Assembly: GCA_002269645.1 (NCBI GenBank)
Contig: NIVC01000553.1
Coordinates: 342,554 to 406,553, forward strand
DNA length: 64,000 bases
Reading direction: 5' to 3'
Source of the DNA: Macrostomum lignano
Taxonomy: Eukaryota
Shown here piece after piece: positions 23,854 through 36,900 of the stretch (the first letter of the stretch is position 1; each line of letters starts with the position of its first letter). The notes under the pieces are model-generated. The model was given only the letters and a program-made list of their open reading frames with translations. It did not search any database and had not been told where the DNA came from. The translations under genes were made by a program, and so were the position numbers.

Positions 23854-26800
23854 CCAGACAGATAGCCAGATAGATAGCCAGATAGATAGCCAGACAGATA
23901 GCCAGACAGATAGCCAGATAGATAGCCAGATAGATAGCCAGATAGATAGCCAGATAGATAGTCAGATAGATAGTCAGACAGATAGCCAGATAGATAAACA
24001 GACTCACCTTCAAGTCTCGGTAGACCACGAACCTGGAGTGCATGTGCTCCAGTCCCAGCAGCACCTCGGCAGCATAAAATTTCACCTCCTTCTCGGCAAA
24101 GACGCCGTGCTGAGACAGGTGGTAGTGCAGATCGCCACCGTTCATCAAGTCCAAGATGAAGCACAGCTTCTCATTGGTTTGAAAGGCGTAGGTCATGCAC
24201 ACAATGAACGGGCAGCCGTCGCCTGTGCTAACCAGAGACAGCATAATTCGCTCATTCAGAGCCAAAGTCTCGCCGCCCTTAAGTTTGATTCGCTTCTTAT
24301 CCAGACACTTCATGGCGTACATTTTGCCTGTGTCCGCTTTGCGACAACCGTACACTTCGCCGAAACCGCCACGACCAATGATGCGATGGACGCTGAAGTC
24401 GTTGGTAGTCAGCTGGAATGGCATGCAAGAAGCGGTCGATTGCGTCTTAAGAGGCCATTTCTAGAATTTCCAATTAACTCCTTCACTTCAGATGTTATTT
24501 TTAGAATCTACGAACAGTCCTATGACGTCAAGTGTTATTTTTAGAATCTACGAACAACCCCATGATGTCGGGTGTTATTCTTAAAATCTATGAACAACTC
24601 TATGACGTCATATGTTCTTTTTAAAATATACAAACAACCCTGTGACGTCAGATGCTATTTTTAGAATCAACGAACAGCCCTATGAAGTCAGATGTTATTT
24701 TTAGAATCTACGAACAACTCCATTACGTCAGATGCTATTTTTAGAATCTACGAACAACCCCATGACGTCAGATGTTATTTTTAGAATCTACGAACAACCC
24801 CTTGACGTCAGATGTTAGCTCGTATTTTTAGAATGTACTAACAATCCCATAATGTCAGGTGTTATTCTTAGAATCTTGGGATTTTGTAAGAGGCAAGCAG
24901 GCATGACTATTCCGCTGGCCTCTGAGGACGCAACACGCTCACACAGGGTGTACGACGGGGGTTTGCTATCACGGGCTCTGAAACGCACGAAAATCCCCCA
25001 AGTAAATTTTCGGAATATAAACATAAATAAACTTACACTGATGTTTAGCTCCAGATTCTTCCACTGGCAGAACCTGGTGAATTTGTCTGATCTGACAAAC
25101 AAGTCGAACGCTTCGCGTTTCAGAATTTCGCAAATCTCTTTAGCGTACATGCTAAACGTGTCCTGCGGCAGGGAGCCACTGCGCTGGGAGGCGGTCAGGC
25201 GCTCCTGTACAAACGCTACGGCTGCGGTGCTGAAGCGATGGCTCTGCGCTAACAGCTCCTGATGGTAGGCAAGGATTGAAGGGCAGTGTGCACTGCTTCT
25301 ATTGCTTCAGTTTATTAAAAGTCTGGAACCCTTCTATTGCCTCAGTTTATTAAGGGCTGGACCCCTTCTATTTCCTCAGTTTATTAAAAGGGCTGGACCC
25401 CTTCTATTGCCTCAGTTTATTAAAAGGGCTGGACCCCTTCTATTGCCTCAGTTTATTAAAAGGGCTGGACCCCTTCTATTGCCTCAGTTTATTAAAAGGG
25501 CTGGACCCCTTCTATTGCCTCAGTTTATTAAAAGGGCTGGACCCCTTCTATTTCCTCAGTTTATTAAGGGCTGGACCCTTCTATTGCATCAGTTTATTAA
25601 GGGTTGGACCCCTTCTATTGCCTCAGTTTATTAAGGGCTGGACCCTTCTATTGCATCAGTTTATTAAGGGCTGGACCCTTCTATTGCATCAGTTTATTAA
25701 GGGTTGGACCCCTTCTATTGCCTCAGTTTATTAAGGGCTGGACCCTTCTATTGCATCAGTTTATTAAGGGTTGGACCCCTTCTATTGCCTCAGTAGTTTA
25801 TTAACACTACTCTACATTTCTTCAACTTTCCAAATTCCTCACCTGCATGATGAAGCTATCATAGATATTCCTGCCCAGCTTCATTCTCATCTCTTCGCAG
25901 TCGAGCTCCTCAAATTTTTTAATCTCCTCATAGAATGCCAGCACCTGGGCGCAATCCTCCAATTGCTGCTCAACAAACTCTTTTAATAGAAGAAAGCCAA
26001 GACGTTGGTTGAAGATCTTCTCGAATGTCACTTCGCCATTCTTGGTCAGGTGTTTGAGCATTACACTGCGAACACTGTGAGGTGATATTTGGTGAATTTG
26101 ATAATCATAAGAAAGTCTATAATGAATTAATTGCATAATTTAATGAAGTATTTAGACTAATAAATATCAAACATAAAGCTTAAATAAATTGGTTAATCAT
26201 ACCTATAAAATCTCTGAAATTACATTGGCTATTTGACTTATATAAATGTCAAATTAGCTTTGCGGCCTAAATAAACACATTCAAATAAAAAATACTGTTT
26301 TATTATAATAATATACTATGATTCATTACACTTGCCTCAATGGGCAGACTTCTTTAAGTTTAGGTTGATAAATAATTTAGTTTACAGTTCTGACAATAAT
26401 TTTGTTGTTAAAAATGTATGTTTTTAGATATGTTATTCATAGAACTGATTTGTATCAAATTCTTATTGGTAACATAGGGGATTACCAAATAAAAGTTGCC
26501 CACAGCAACAAAAAATTTTGCATTTTAATGTTCCTTTTTTGTCATTTTTAATCAACTAACCAATACGTAATTTTGCATTAAAATTGCAACACATTTTTGC
26601 ATTTAAGAAAAAATTGTAAATTATTTTGTGACCGCTTGCATAAAACTACAATGTGAATGCATATAGAAGATGCAATGCAAAGCACTATTGTACCAATAAA
26701 GGTATTGACTTTATTTGATTGAATGTGGAAATATAGATATTAATATTTAAATATTAAATGTTTAAATTTAGAAATCATTCCAATTAAAAAAAGATAAATC

Positions 26801-28606
26801 TGTTTAGCAAAAGATAAAGCCTAAAAATTCATTGGTAATAGCAATCTAAAAGAAGAAAAAAAAGTAATACTAAATTTTGTTTAAGATTGTTCAACTACAT
26901 ATGATTTAATGGAATTTTGTACCAAAAATTTGCAATTCTCTATTTTCAATATGCTAGATACAAAAACTCTTTGCTAGTCAACTGAAACTTGAAAAAGTCC
27001 TAATGGCCAAATATGCAATTAACAACACAGTTGCCTAGGATATTGCCTAGGTCCTAGGCCTAGTTGCCTAGGATATCTAAAGCTACATATATCTATTTAC
27101 TTTAATCATTAAAGGGGTCAGTAGATATACTTTCAATCATCTAAGCTAATGTCAGTGATACCCAACCTGTCCCATTTTACAATAGGTGTAATGCTACTTT
27201 TATAACTACAAATTATAAAAATATATTTTAGCTTTAAGTTTTTTTCAAAGATTTCTATACTATTATATGAGTTAGAATTTTAAGGATCTGGGTAAACTCA
27301 TCAACTTTTTATTCTTCAACTGTGTTGACAAGTTTACCATGGTTTGCATTGCGTAACTAATATGCAGTATAACAAAGTATATATAAGTAAGAGATGCAAA
27401 CAAAAGTGAAAGTAATAAGGTTTTTTATATGTATATAAAAATTAATTAAGTAATATTTTTAGTTCAATTACATTTATTAAAACTGGATTGGGATCCCGAA
27501 TTTCAAATTATTGGTCCCTTAGCTAGTTGTTGAAATTAAAGATTCTTGGTATATGTATTACTGTTTTTTAATTTTTTGTATCTCATATTTGATCATGAAG
27601 ACTGCTGGGTGCTGCAGTGTGTTTATGCTTTCTTTTGTCCAGTTAAATCTAGCAAAAAGACATTTTAGCAATAGACAATCTGCTGATCTGGTGACAGTAA
27701 AGATAGGATTGTCACAAAAATTGTCACGATTGACAATTGTCATATCTTGTGCTTAAAAACAGGCATTACAATGACATGGCTAGGCTCATTGGTTTTATGA
27801 ATCTATTTTATCTGTGCACTGAGACAGCTGCATATACAAATATTGCATATAGGCCTACTACTATATGTTGACAAATTTACTAGTTGACAAATTATCATAT
27901 AGCTAGGCCAGTTGACGAAAAAAAGTTGACAAGTTTACCAACACCAAATTTTAAACCATTACATAGCATTATAAAATGATAAAACAATTAAAATATAAAA
28001 AAATAAAAATATATATAAAGTATATATAATTAAATAATACATAAAAACCCAATATGGCAAAACTAATACAAACTATTAAAATAATATGAAAGAAACTTGA
28101 ACATTTTAATAATTCCAAATGAATACTAAAATAAGGCTAAATACAAAATCTTGTAACTTTGAAAAAAATAATCAAATAAAACAGTAAGTTAAACAGTTTA
28201 TTACTAAGCATTTATCAAAAAAACAGAAATATTTGTTAAAAAAACAAAATGAATTCATTTTAATTTTTGAGAATTTTGCAACTAAAATAAATAGGTAGCT
28301 ACATTTAAATTCTATTTCTTAACACAAGTTACAAAGTGGTAACTTGAACTATAAACTTGAACTAATGAATTAATGAATAAAATTTTTGCAATTTTTTATA
28401 GAAAAATATTTTATAAAATGTTTGTATTATTGTATTGCTTGAATTTTTAAGCCAATTATTATGAAATATTATAGCAACATGTACTAAACATACCTTGGAT
28501 CTGGGAGGGTGATTTTTTTGCTTGCTCTTGCTGCAGGGGTTGATTTTGACTTTTCCATAGCCATCAAATAGCTGACATCAGCTAGAACAGCTTCTAGGTC
28601 AGCCAT
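18403..28606 (-). CDS. GRK2: G protein-coupled receptor kinase 2/3 (beta-adrenergic receptor kinase), 746 aa, 7 exons
   Basis: Exons 28606-28494, 26074-25843, 25258-25037, 24412-24008, 21070-20545, 20035-19587, 18696-18403; all GT..AG; total 2241 nt in frame. N-terminus [23 protein letters not shown] domain, kinase motifs ([34 protein letters not shown]), PH domain, and a Gly/Ser/Thr-rich tail. Confidence 0.97.
18830..19527. repeat. 23-bp minisatellite (CAGTAGAGTCTACCCAGTTGATT), GRK intron 6
   Basis: About 30 near-identical copies with the internal palindrome GTAGA-G-TCTAC. Confidence 0.98.
20155..20505. repeat. Degenerate ~21-22-bp repeat (AAAATTGGTCATA core), GRK intron 5
   Basis: About 15 diverged copies. 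Confidence 0.85.
21105..21355. repeat. 22-bp minisatellite (CCTCACTCCCTGACTGCACCCA), GRK intron 4 next to the acceptor
   Basis: About 11 copies. Confidence 0.95.
22175..22755. repeat. 21-bp purine-rich minisatellite (AGGGGGTAGAAGGGAGGACAG), GRK intron 4
   Basis: About 27 copies. Confidence 0.96.
22790..23045 (-). mobile_element. tRNA-derived CORE-like SINE (copy 2), GRK intron 4
   Basis: Reverse-complement homologue of 13125-13380, sharing CCCATTTTACAGCTGGGTGAACTGAAGCAAT and GATGTGCAACCGACAGCTCAGCCGCAGCTATTGC; B-box GGTTCGATTGCC at 23017-23028 (-). Confidence 0.88.
23651..24000. repeat. (GATA)n microsatellite grading into a TAGCCAGA-containing variant, immediately after the GRK exon 4 donor
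   Basis: Direct inspection. Confidence 0.97.
24470..24880. repeat. 40-bp minisatellite carrying TGACGTCA, GRK intron 3
   Basis: About 10 copies of TTTTAGAATCTACGAACAACCCCATGACGTCAGATGTTAT. Confidence 0.93.
25295..25800. repeat. 33-36-bp minisatellite (CTTCTATTGCCTCAGTTTATTAAAAGGGCTGGACCC), GRK intron 2
   Basis: About 14-15 copies. Confidence 0.96.
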
Positions 28607-30199
28607 GATTTAATATGGAGACCTTACAAGGCTTGTTTAGAGAAAGAACTGTTTGGTGATAAAGCCCGGGCAGTAAAATAAAGAGTAGGTTTTCGATGCA
28701 GTATGTCTGTAATGTCCAAGTTATTTAATTAAACTTTGTTCTGTGAGGCATTATTCAATGAAAAGTGTAGATTCAAAAATGAACGAAGCATATTTAAATA
28801 CGGGCAGAATATATTACATTGATGACTCTACCTTATAGCTTTTGCGATTTTCTTAATCGATTGTATACAATAAAAAAATCTTATTAGACTTTAGAGCATT
28901 AAGCAACAAAAACAATTCGCCTGAATGCGTAGCTGTTTTTAAACTCTCCAAACAACAAAAAGTTCAAATCATATAACAAACATTTTGCTCTCAATATTTT
29001 TTTCACTCGTTAAGCAATACTTTTAAACGAAGCAGGAAATCATAAAGAGATTATTATTTTCAAAATTTACTAATACTAATACTCAAGTTTACTAATAATT
29101 ATGTATATATTGCGAGACACGTTAATAAAAATATTACACAATGGTTCCGTGAGTTTCAATTCACATAGAAATTTTGCGTTATGCGTTCTGTTTACATTGT
29201 ATTTGGATATTTTGAGTGATTTAATCACTCCGTGTGTTTTTTCGAGGAAGAGGCATTGATACCAATAAAAATCGAATGTTGTTATCCGGAAAAACGAAAA
29301 AAATGTTTACGTTGAAAATCGCTTTTCTGTGAAAATCGCAGAATCTGTGACTGTTCCATAACTTTTTCAATGTTAAACTACAAAAATTAAAGTTACTGAA
29401 GTATATTCCACTGCCTATTGAAATTTCCCATAATAGTAATGTAAGGGCTTACTTAATTGCACGTAGAAAGTAACGGATGCTTTAACATGTATTACACATG
29501 CTGGGTTTGATAAATACAATATGTGCCCACGTCATGCCGAGGATATAAATTTCTAATGTAAAGAAACAGTGATAAATATGCAATTAACAAAATAATTTGG
29601 CCTTATGAAGGGTTAATTAAATTCTCATTTGGAAGTCCTACACCACGTTACGCCAAATGGGATCAATGCATTTTATAAAAAAAGAAAACCCCTGCAGTCT
29701 TATGCAAGACAACAAAAAACTAAAACGTGGAAAATTCATGACTTAGTTTAGTTGTACCTACATGCTATGAGGCATGCTTGCCTGCGCCATTGTAATTTGC
29801 TACATAACTGCTCCTAGTGATAGAGGTTGGGGGGGGGGGGCAGAGTGTGAGGCGAGAAATTGTTAAAGCTACACGCCAATGATAGTGTCCGCAGTCAGTA
29901 GCAAGTTGCTATGGTAGCGCGGGCGTACTCTGCACAATTTACAACCCTTTACTATAGACTCAATTCATTTTTACCCACTGTTGTTCCTTCATCATCATCA
30001 GCTCTGTCTGTCTCTCTTCCCCCTTGATTGTAAACCTGAGTGGGGCGCGGCTTCCCAACAAAAAGTGGTCATTTTGTATAGGAGCAGTTTCATTGTTCTC
30101 CACTGCTAAAAGAAGAGCAGTTAGGGACAGGGTAAAAGCCAAAAAGGAAAATATGGTAGACTAAAATCGCCCAAAACGATGGAAGCCGATATTGCCGGA

Positions 30200-30507
<308 letters not shown>

Positions 30508-30956
30508 TCTAGCACTTCCCGTCTAGCATGTGGAAGCGATGGACAAACATTGGGGAAGCTTTGGAGGAACAGAATCCTGAGTCCCATCTTTTTTATCGTA
30601 ATCTACCATTCTACTAATTGCAGTTTAGTGCGCTGGTTTTTCTGCCTTGCGCACTCAATGCTGAAGCATTTCATTTGGAAAATTAAATGTTACTATAGAA
30701 ATACAGTGGGGGGCGCATGGGCAGAGAGCTGAGAGATGTAGAACAGAGGGAGGGAGTTGGAAGCGCCACTATAAATGAGCAGGGAGGCCCAGATACGGGC
30801 ACAGGCATTCTCATTGGCCAGTGAGTTCCCCCAGAAGCAGAGGCCCAGTCCACCTTATTAAACTGTTGCTTTGAATTTGTCCAAGCTTTTGAAAAGCTAG
30901 AAGGGAATTGTCAGACAAAATTCCAATAAAGAAAAGTTTTACCAACTACGTTGGAA

Positions 30957-33900
30957 ATGGCAAAGGCAGCTGAACCTGCCCGTTCGTCAATTCACGATGA
31001 TTCAATCTTCGCCGAGGCCATGATGAAGCTGACCCTGTCGCCTCTGAATAGCGACGAGTCTGACACGGATCTGGATGTCAGCGGTGAGCGTGACGGAGAT
31101 TGAGAAGGAGAGTGAGGGAGATTGAGAAGGAGAGAGTGAGTCAGATTGAGAAGGAGAGCGAGTGGGGGAGATTGAGAAGGAGAGAGTGAGTCAGATTGAG
31201 AAGGAGAGCGAGGGGGAGATTGAGAAGGAGAGCGAGTGGGGGAAATTGAAAAACAGAGCGAGTGGTGGAGATTGAGAAGTAGAGTGAGAAAACACACTGA
31301 AGACACTCTGAAGAACACTCCGATCACCCCCTTCTCAACACACAGCGGAGGAGCAGCAGGCCGAGCGCTGCAGTTTCAAGAGCGAGCGTCGAACCCGAAC
31401 AAAAGATGAGCTCGCTCTGATGTCGGGCAGGGAGCCTCCGAAGCAGCTGAGCCGCAGTCAGACGGTCTATCTGGACACCTGCAGAGAGTCGAGACTCACC
31501 GAGCAGGGCCGAGTGCTCAACGGTTTGTCGTTGGAGACGCTGAGCTTGAGGAATCGCTACATGGGATCGAAATCTTTGAGGCCCGTCAGTCTGGCGCTCA
31601 GGGTGAGATGAGATCGAAAAATTTGGGATCTGTCTGGATAGCCTTTTATTCCGGATGGTACACGGATATAGGCTTTGTTTTCAATAGTTATTAAACATTG
31701 CGTCTTCATAACTGATTTACTTGTCGCAGGTTAATAGCAACGTAACTAAGCTCGATTTCACTTGCAACGGAATTGATGCGGAAGGCATGCTGTGCCTTGC
31801 CAGGGTGCTGAAAGTGAACACCACTGTGCAGGAGCTGGTGAGTTCATGTGCTGTCGTGCTAACGGGGGAGTGAGGTGGGTAAGAGAGACGGGGAGTGAGG
31901 TGGGTGAGAGGGACGGGAGTGAGGTGGGTGAGAGGGACGGGAGTGAGGTGGGTGAGAGGGACGGGAGTGAGGTGGGTGAGAGGGACGGGAGTGAGGTGGG
32001 TGAGAGAGACGGGAATGAGGTGGGTGAGAGGGATGGGAGTGAGGTGGGTGAGAGGGGCGAGAGTGAGGTGGATGAGAGAGACGGGGAGTGAGGTGGATGA
32101 GAGAGACGGGAGTGAGGTGGGTGAGACGGACGGGATTGAGGTGGGTGAGAGGGACGGGAGTGAGGTGGGTGAGAGAGACGGGGAGTGAGGTGGGTGAGAG
32201 GGACGGGAGTGAGGTGGGTGAGAGGGACGGGAGTGAGGTGGGTGAGAGGGACGGGAGTGAGGTGGGTGAGAGGGACGGGAGTGAGGTGGGTGAGAGGGAC
32301 GGGAGTGAGGTGGGTGAGAGAGACGGGGAGTGAGGTGGGTGAGAGGGACGGGAGTGAGGTGGGTGAGAGAGACGGGAGTGAGGTGGGTGAGAGAGACGGG
32401 AGTGAGGTGGGTGAGAGGGACGGGAGTGATGTGGATGTGAGGGACGGGAGTGAGGTGGGTGAAAGAGACGGGAGTGATGTGGATGTGAGGGACGGGAATG
32501 AGGTGGGTGAGAGGGACGGGAGTGAGGTGGGTGAGAGAGATGTAATTCAAGCGTGCCTTTTCAATATTTTAGATTCTGGCCTCAAACTGCATCGGAGACA
32601 AGGGTTCCATTGCTGTGGCAGACATGATGAAGGCCAATGCAACAATTCACACGCTGGACTTAAGTAGTAAGAAGCTGATTATTTCCAATGCAAGGTTTTC
32701 AAACCTGACAAAAACTCATTCATGCATGAAACACCGCAAATCAAACATTAAACATCAAACATCAATGATCAATCATTAATCATTAATCATCAATCATCAA
32801 TCATCAATTATCAATCATCAATCATCAATTATCAATCATCAATCATCAATCATCAATCATTAATCATCAATAATCAAAATTCAATCATCAATCATCAATC
32901 ATCAATCATTAATCATCAATCATCAATCATCAATCATCAATCATCAATCATTAATCATCAATCATCAATCATCAATCATCAATCATCAATCATCAATCAT
33001 CAATCATCAATCATCAATCATCAAACATCAATCATCAAACATCAAACATCAATCATCAATCATCAAACATCAATCATCAATCATCAATCATCAATCATCA
33101 ATCATCAATCATCAATCATCAATCATCAATCATCAATCATTAATCATCAATCATCAATCATTAATCATCAATCATCAATAATCAATCATCAATCATCAAT
33201 CATCAATCATCAAACATCAATCATCGCTTGCAGGCAACCAGATCGGCGAAGAAGGCGGCAAGTTCATCGCCCTCGGCATCGAAGAGAACGAATCAGTTCG
33301 CCGGTTGAACATCAGCAACAACAGATTCTCGGAGACTGGCGCCTTGTACATCGGCCGAGCTCTGGCCGAGAACTTCATCCTGGAGGAGCTGGACATCAGC
33401 TGGTGCCGGGCGCGCAAAGTTGGCGCAGTCGGCCTCTGTCAGGGCGTTCGACGGAATGTCAGCCTGGCGCAGGTCAGCCTGGCCTGGAACGGCTTCGGCT
33501 ACGAGGGGGCGCTGGCACTCGCCGAGCTGCTGAAGGGCAACAAATACGTCCGGGAGCTGGACGTGAGCCACTGCCGCATCAACTGGCAGGGCGCCACCCT
33601 GGTGGCCAACGGCCTGCGGGCCAACTGCTATCTGGAGACGCTGAGGGTGAGCTCTGCACTCACTCACTCACTCACTCACTCACTCACTCACTCACTCACT
33701 CACTCACTCACTCACTCACTCACTCACTCACTCACTCACTCACTCACTCACACGCTCACTCACTCACTCACTCACTCACTCACACACTCACTCACTCACT
33801 CACTCACTCACTCACTCACACACTCACTCACTCACTCACTCACTCACTCACTCACTCACTCACTCACTCACTCACTCACTCACTCACTCACTCACTCACT

Positions 33901-36900
33901 CACTCACTCACTCACTCACTCACTCACTCACTCACTCATTCACTCACTCACTCACTCACTCACTCACTCACTCACTCACTCACTCACTCACTCATTCACT
34001 CACTCACTCACTCACTCACACGCTCACTCACTCACTCACTCACTCACTCACTCACTCACTCACTCACTCACTCACTCACTCACTCACTCACTCACTCACT
34101 CACTCACTCACTCACTCACTCACTCACTCACTCACTCACTCACTCACTCACTCACTCACTCACTCACTCACTCACTCACTCACTCACTCACTCACTCACT
34201 CACTCACTCACTCACTCACTCACTCACTCACTCACTCACACGCTCACTCACTCACTCACTCACTCACTCACTCACTCACTCACTCACTCACTCACTCACT
34301 CACTCACTCACTCACTCACTCACTCACTCACTCACTCATTCGTTAACTTCAGATCGGTGGCAATCCATTGTCAACCACCGGCTGTATGGACATCCTGGAG
34401 TCCCTGACCGGCCTGAACTGCTCCATCAGCCTACTGGATTTGAGGGTAACGATTGAATAATAATAAATATGAGAAAATAAGAAAGCAAATCAAAGTGCAC
34501 TATTGCATTAGTAGCATTATAAGAAGCAGACTTCGTTTCTGAAATATTTGCATGATCGCCCACGAAATCTACACAAATCCTTTTGTTTCTTACCCCTCTG
34601 AATCTACCCCTCTGAATCTACCCCTCTGAATCTAACCCTCTGAATCTACCCCTCTGAATCTACCCCTCTAAATCTACCCCTCTGAATCTACCCCTCTGAA
34701 TCTACCCCTCTGAATCTAACCCTCTGAATCTACCCCTCTGAATCTACCCCTCTGAATCTACCCCTCTGAATCTACCCCTCTGAATCTACCCCTCTAAATC
34801 TACCCCTCTAAATCTACCCCTCTGAATCTACCCCTCTAAATCTACCCCTCTGAATCTAACCCTCTGAATCTACCCCTCTGAATCTACCCCTCTGAATCTA
34901 CCCCTCTGAATCTACCCCTCTAAATCTACCGCTCTAAATCTACCCCTCTGAATCTACCCCTCTGAATCTACCCCTCTGAATCTAGCCCTCTGAATCTACT
35001 CCTCTGAATCTACTCCTCTGAATCTAACCCTCTGAATCTACCTTTCTGAAGCTTCCCCTCTGAATCTATCCCTCTGAATCTACCCCTCTAAATCTACCCC
35101 TCTGAATCTACCCCTCTAAATCTACCCCTCTAAATCTACCCCTCTGAATCTAACCCTCTATATCTACCTTTCTGAAGCTACCCCTCTGAATCTACCCCTC
35201 TAAATCTACCCCTCTAAATCTACCCCTCTAAATCTATTCCTCTGAATCTACTCCTCTGAATCTACCCCTCTGAATCTACTCCTCTGAATCTAGCCCTCTG
35301 AATCTACCCCTCTGAATCTACCCCTCTAAATCTACCCCTCTAAATCTACCCCTCTGAATCTAACCCTCTGAATCTACCTTTCTGAAGCTACCCCTCTGAA
35401 TCTATCCCTCTAAATCTACCCCTCTAAATCTACCCCTCTGAATTTAACCCTCTATATCTACCCTTCTGAAGCTACCCCTCTGAATCTACCCCTCTAAATC
35501 TACCCCTCTGAATCTATCCCTCTATATCTACCTTTCTGAAGCTACCCCTCTGAATCTACCCCTCTTAATCTATCCCTCTGAATCTATCCCTCTGAATCTA
35601 CCCCTCTGAATCTACTTCTCTAAATCTACCCCTTTAAATCTACCTCTCTAAATCTACCCCTCTGAATCTACCCCTCCACTCAGTCTTACATCTAGAATTT
35701 TAGCAAAGGAGCTAATGAACCCCCATCCCACTCCATCCCAGGGCAACAGTGTTGCGAACGATTTCGAAATGCTTGCTCAAACAATTGGAGCTGGTCGGGA
35801 ATTTCGCTGCCTTCACGACGGAGTCCTGCCCTCGCACGATCTGATTGGCCAGAGAATGGAGCAGCGACGCGACCCCATGGCCCAGGTAGTTGAGTACATG
35901 GAGCGGTTTCAGCTCAGGCCGTTGGAACTGCTCAGGACGTTTGATAAAAGTGTTATGCTGCAGATGGGAAAGGGCCAGTTCACGGCCAGGCTGCAGGTGA
36001 GGAAGTCAGGGTGTCAGTTGTTTTACTGGGGTGTGTTACCTGTTAGACTGTTGTGTTACCTGTTAGACTGTTGTTTTACCAGTTAGACTGTTGTGTTACC
36101 TGTTAGACTGATGTGTTACCTGGTAGACTGATGTGTTACCTGTTAGACTGATGTGTTACCTGCTAGACTGATGTGTTACCTGCTAGACTGATGTGTTAAC
36201 TGTTAGACTGATGTGTTACCTGTTAGACTGATGTGTTACCTGTTAGACTGTTTTGTTACCTGTTAGACTGATGTGTTACCTGTTAGACTGTTGTGTTACC
36301 TGTTAGACTGATGTGTTACCTGTTAGACTGATGTGTTACCTGTTAGACTGATGTGTTACCTGTTAGACTGTTGTGTTACCTGTTGGACTGTTGTTTTACC
36401 AGTTAGACTGTTGTGTTACCTGTTAGACTGTTGTGTTACCTGTTGGACTGTTGTTTTACCAGTTTGTTAGACTGTTGTGTTACCTGTTAGACTGTTGTGT
36501 TACCTGTTAGACTGTTGTGTTACTTGTTAGACTGTTGTTTTACCAGTTTGTTAGACTGTTGCGTTACCTGTTAGACTGTTGTGTTACCTGTTGGACTGTT
36601 GTTTTACCAGTTTGTTAGACTGTTGTGTTACCTGTTAGACTGTTGTGTTACCTGTTAGACTGTTGTGTTACTTGTTGGACTGTTGTTTTACCAGTTTGTT
36701 AGACTGTTGTGTTACCTGTTAGACTGTTGTGTTACCTGTTAGACTGTTGCGTTACCTGTTAGACTGTTGTGTTACCTGTTAGACTGTTGTGTTACCTGTT
36801 GGACTGTTGTTTTACCAGTTTGTTAGACCGTTGTGTTACCTGTTAGACTGTTGTGTTACCTGTTAGACTGTTGTGTTACCTGTTGGACTGTTGTTTTACC

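Noticed and set aside
23531-24007. C-terminal extension of the 297-aa kinase ORF (YLSI repeats)
   Set aside because: Read-through into the intron past the AAG|GTGAGT donor at 24007; the kinase continues at 21070 (PANILL).
33647-34456. HSLT-repeat tail of the 383-aa LRR ORF
   Set aside because: Intronic (TCAC)n; the next true exon, 34353-34445, is in another frame and continues the LRR.
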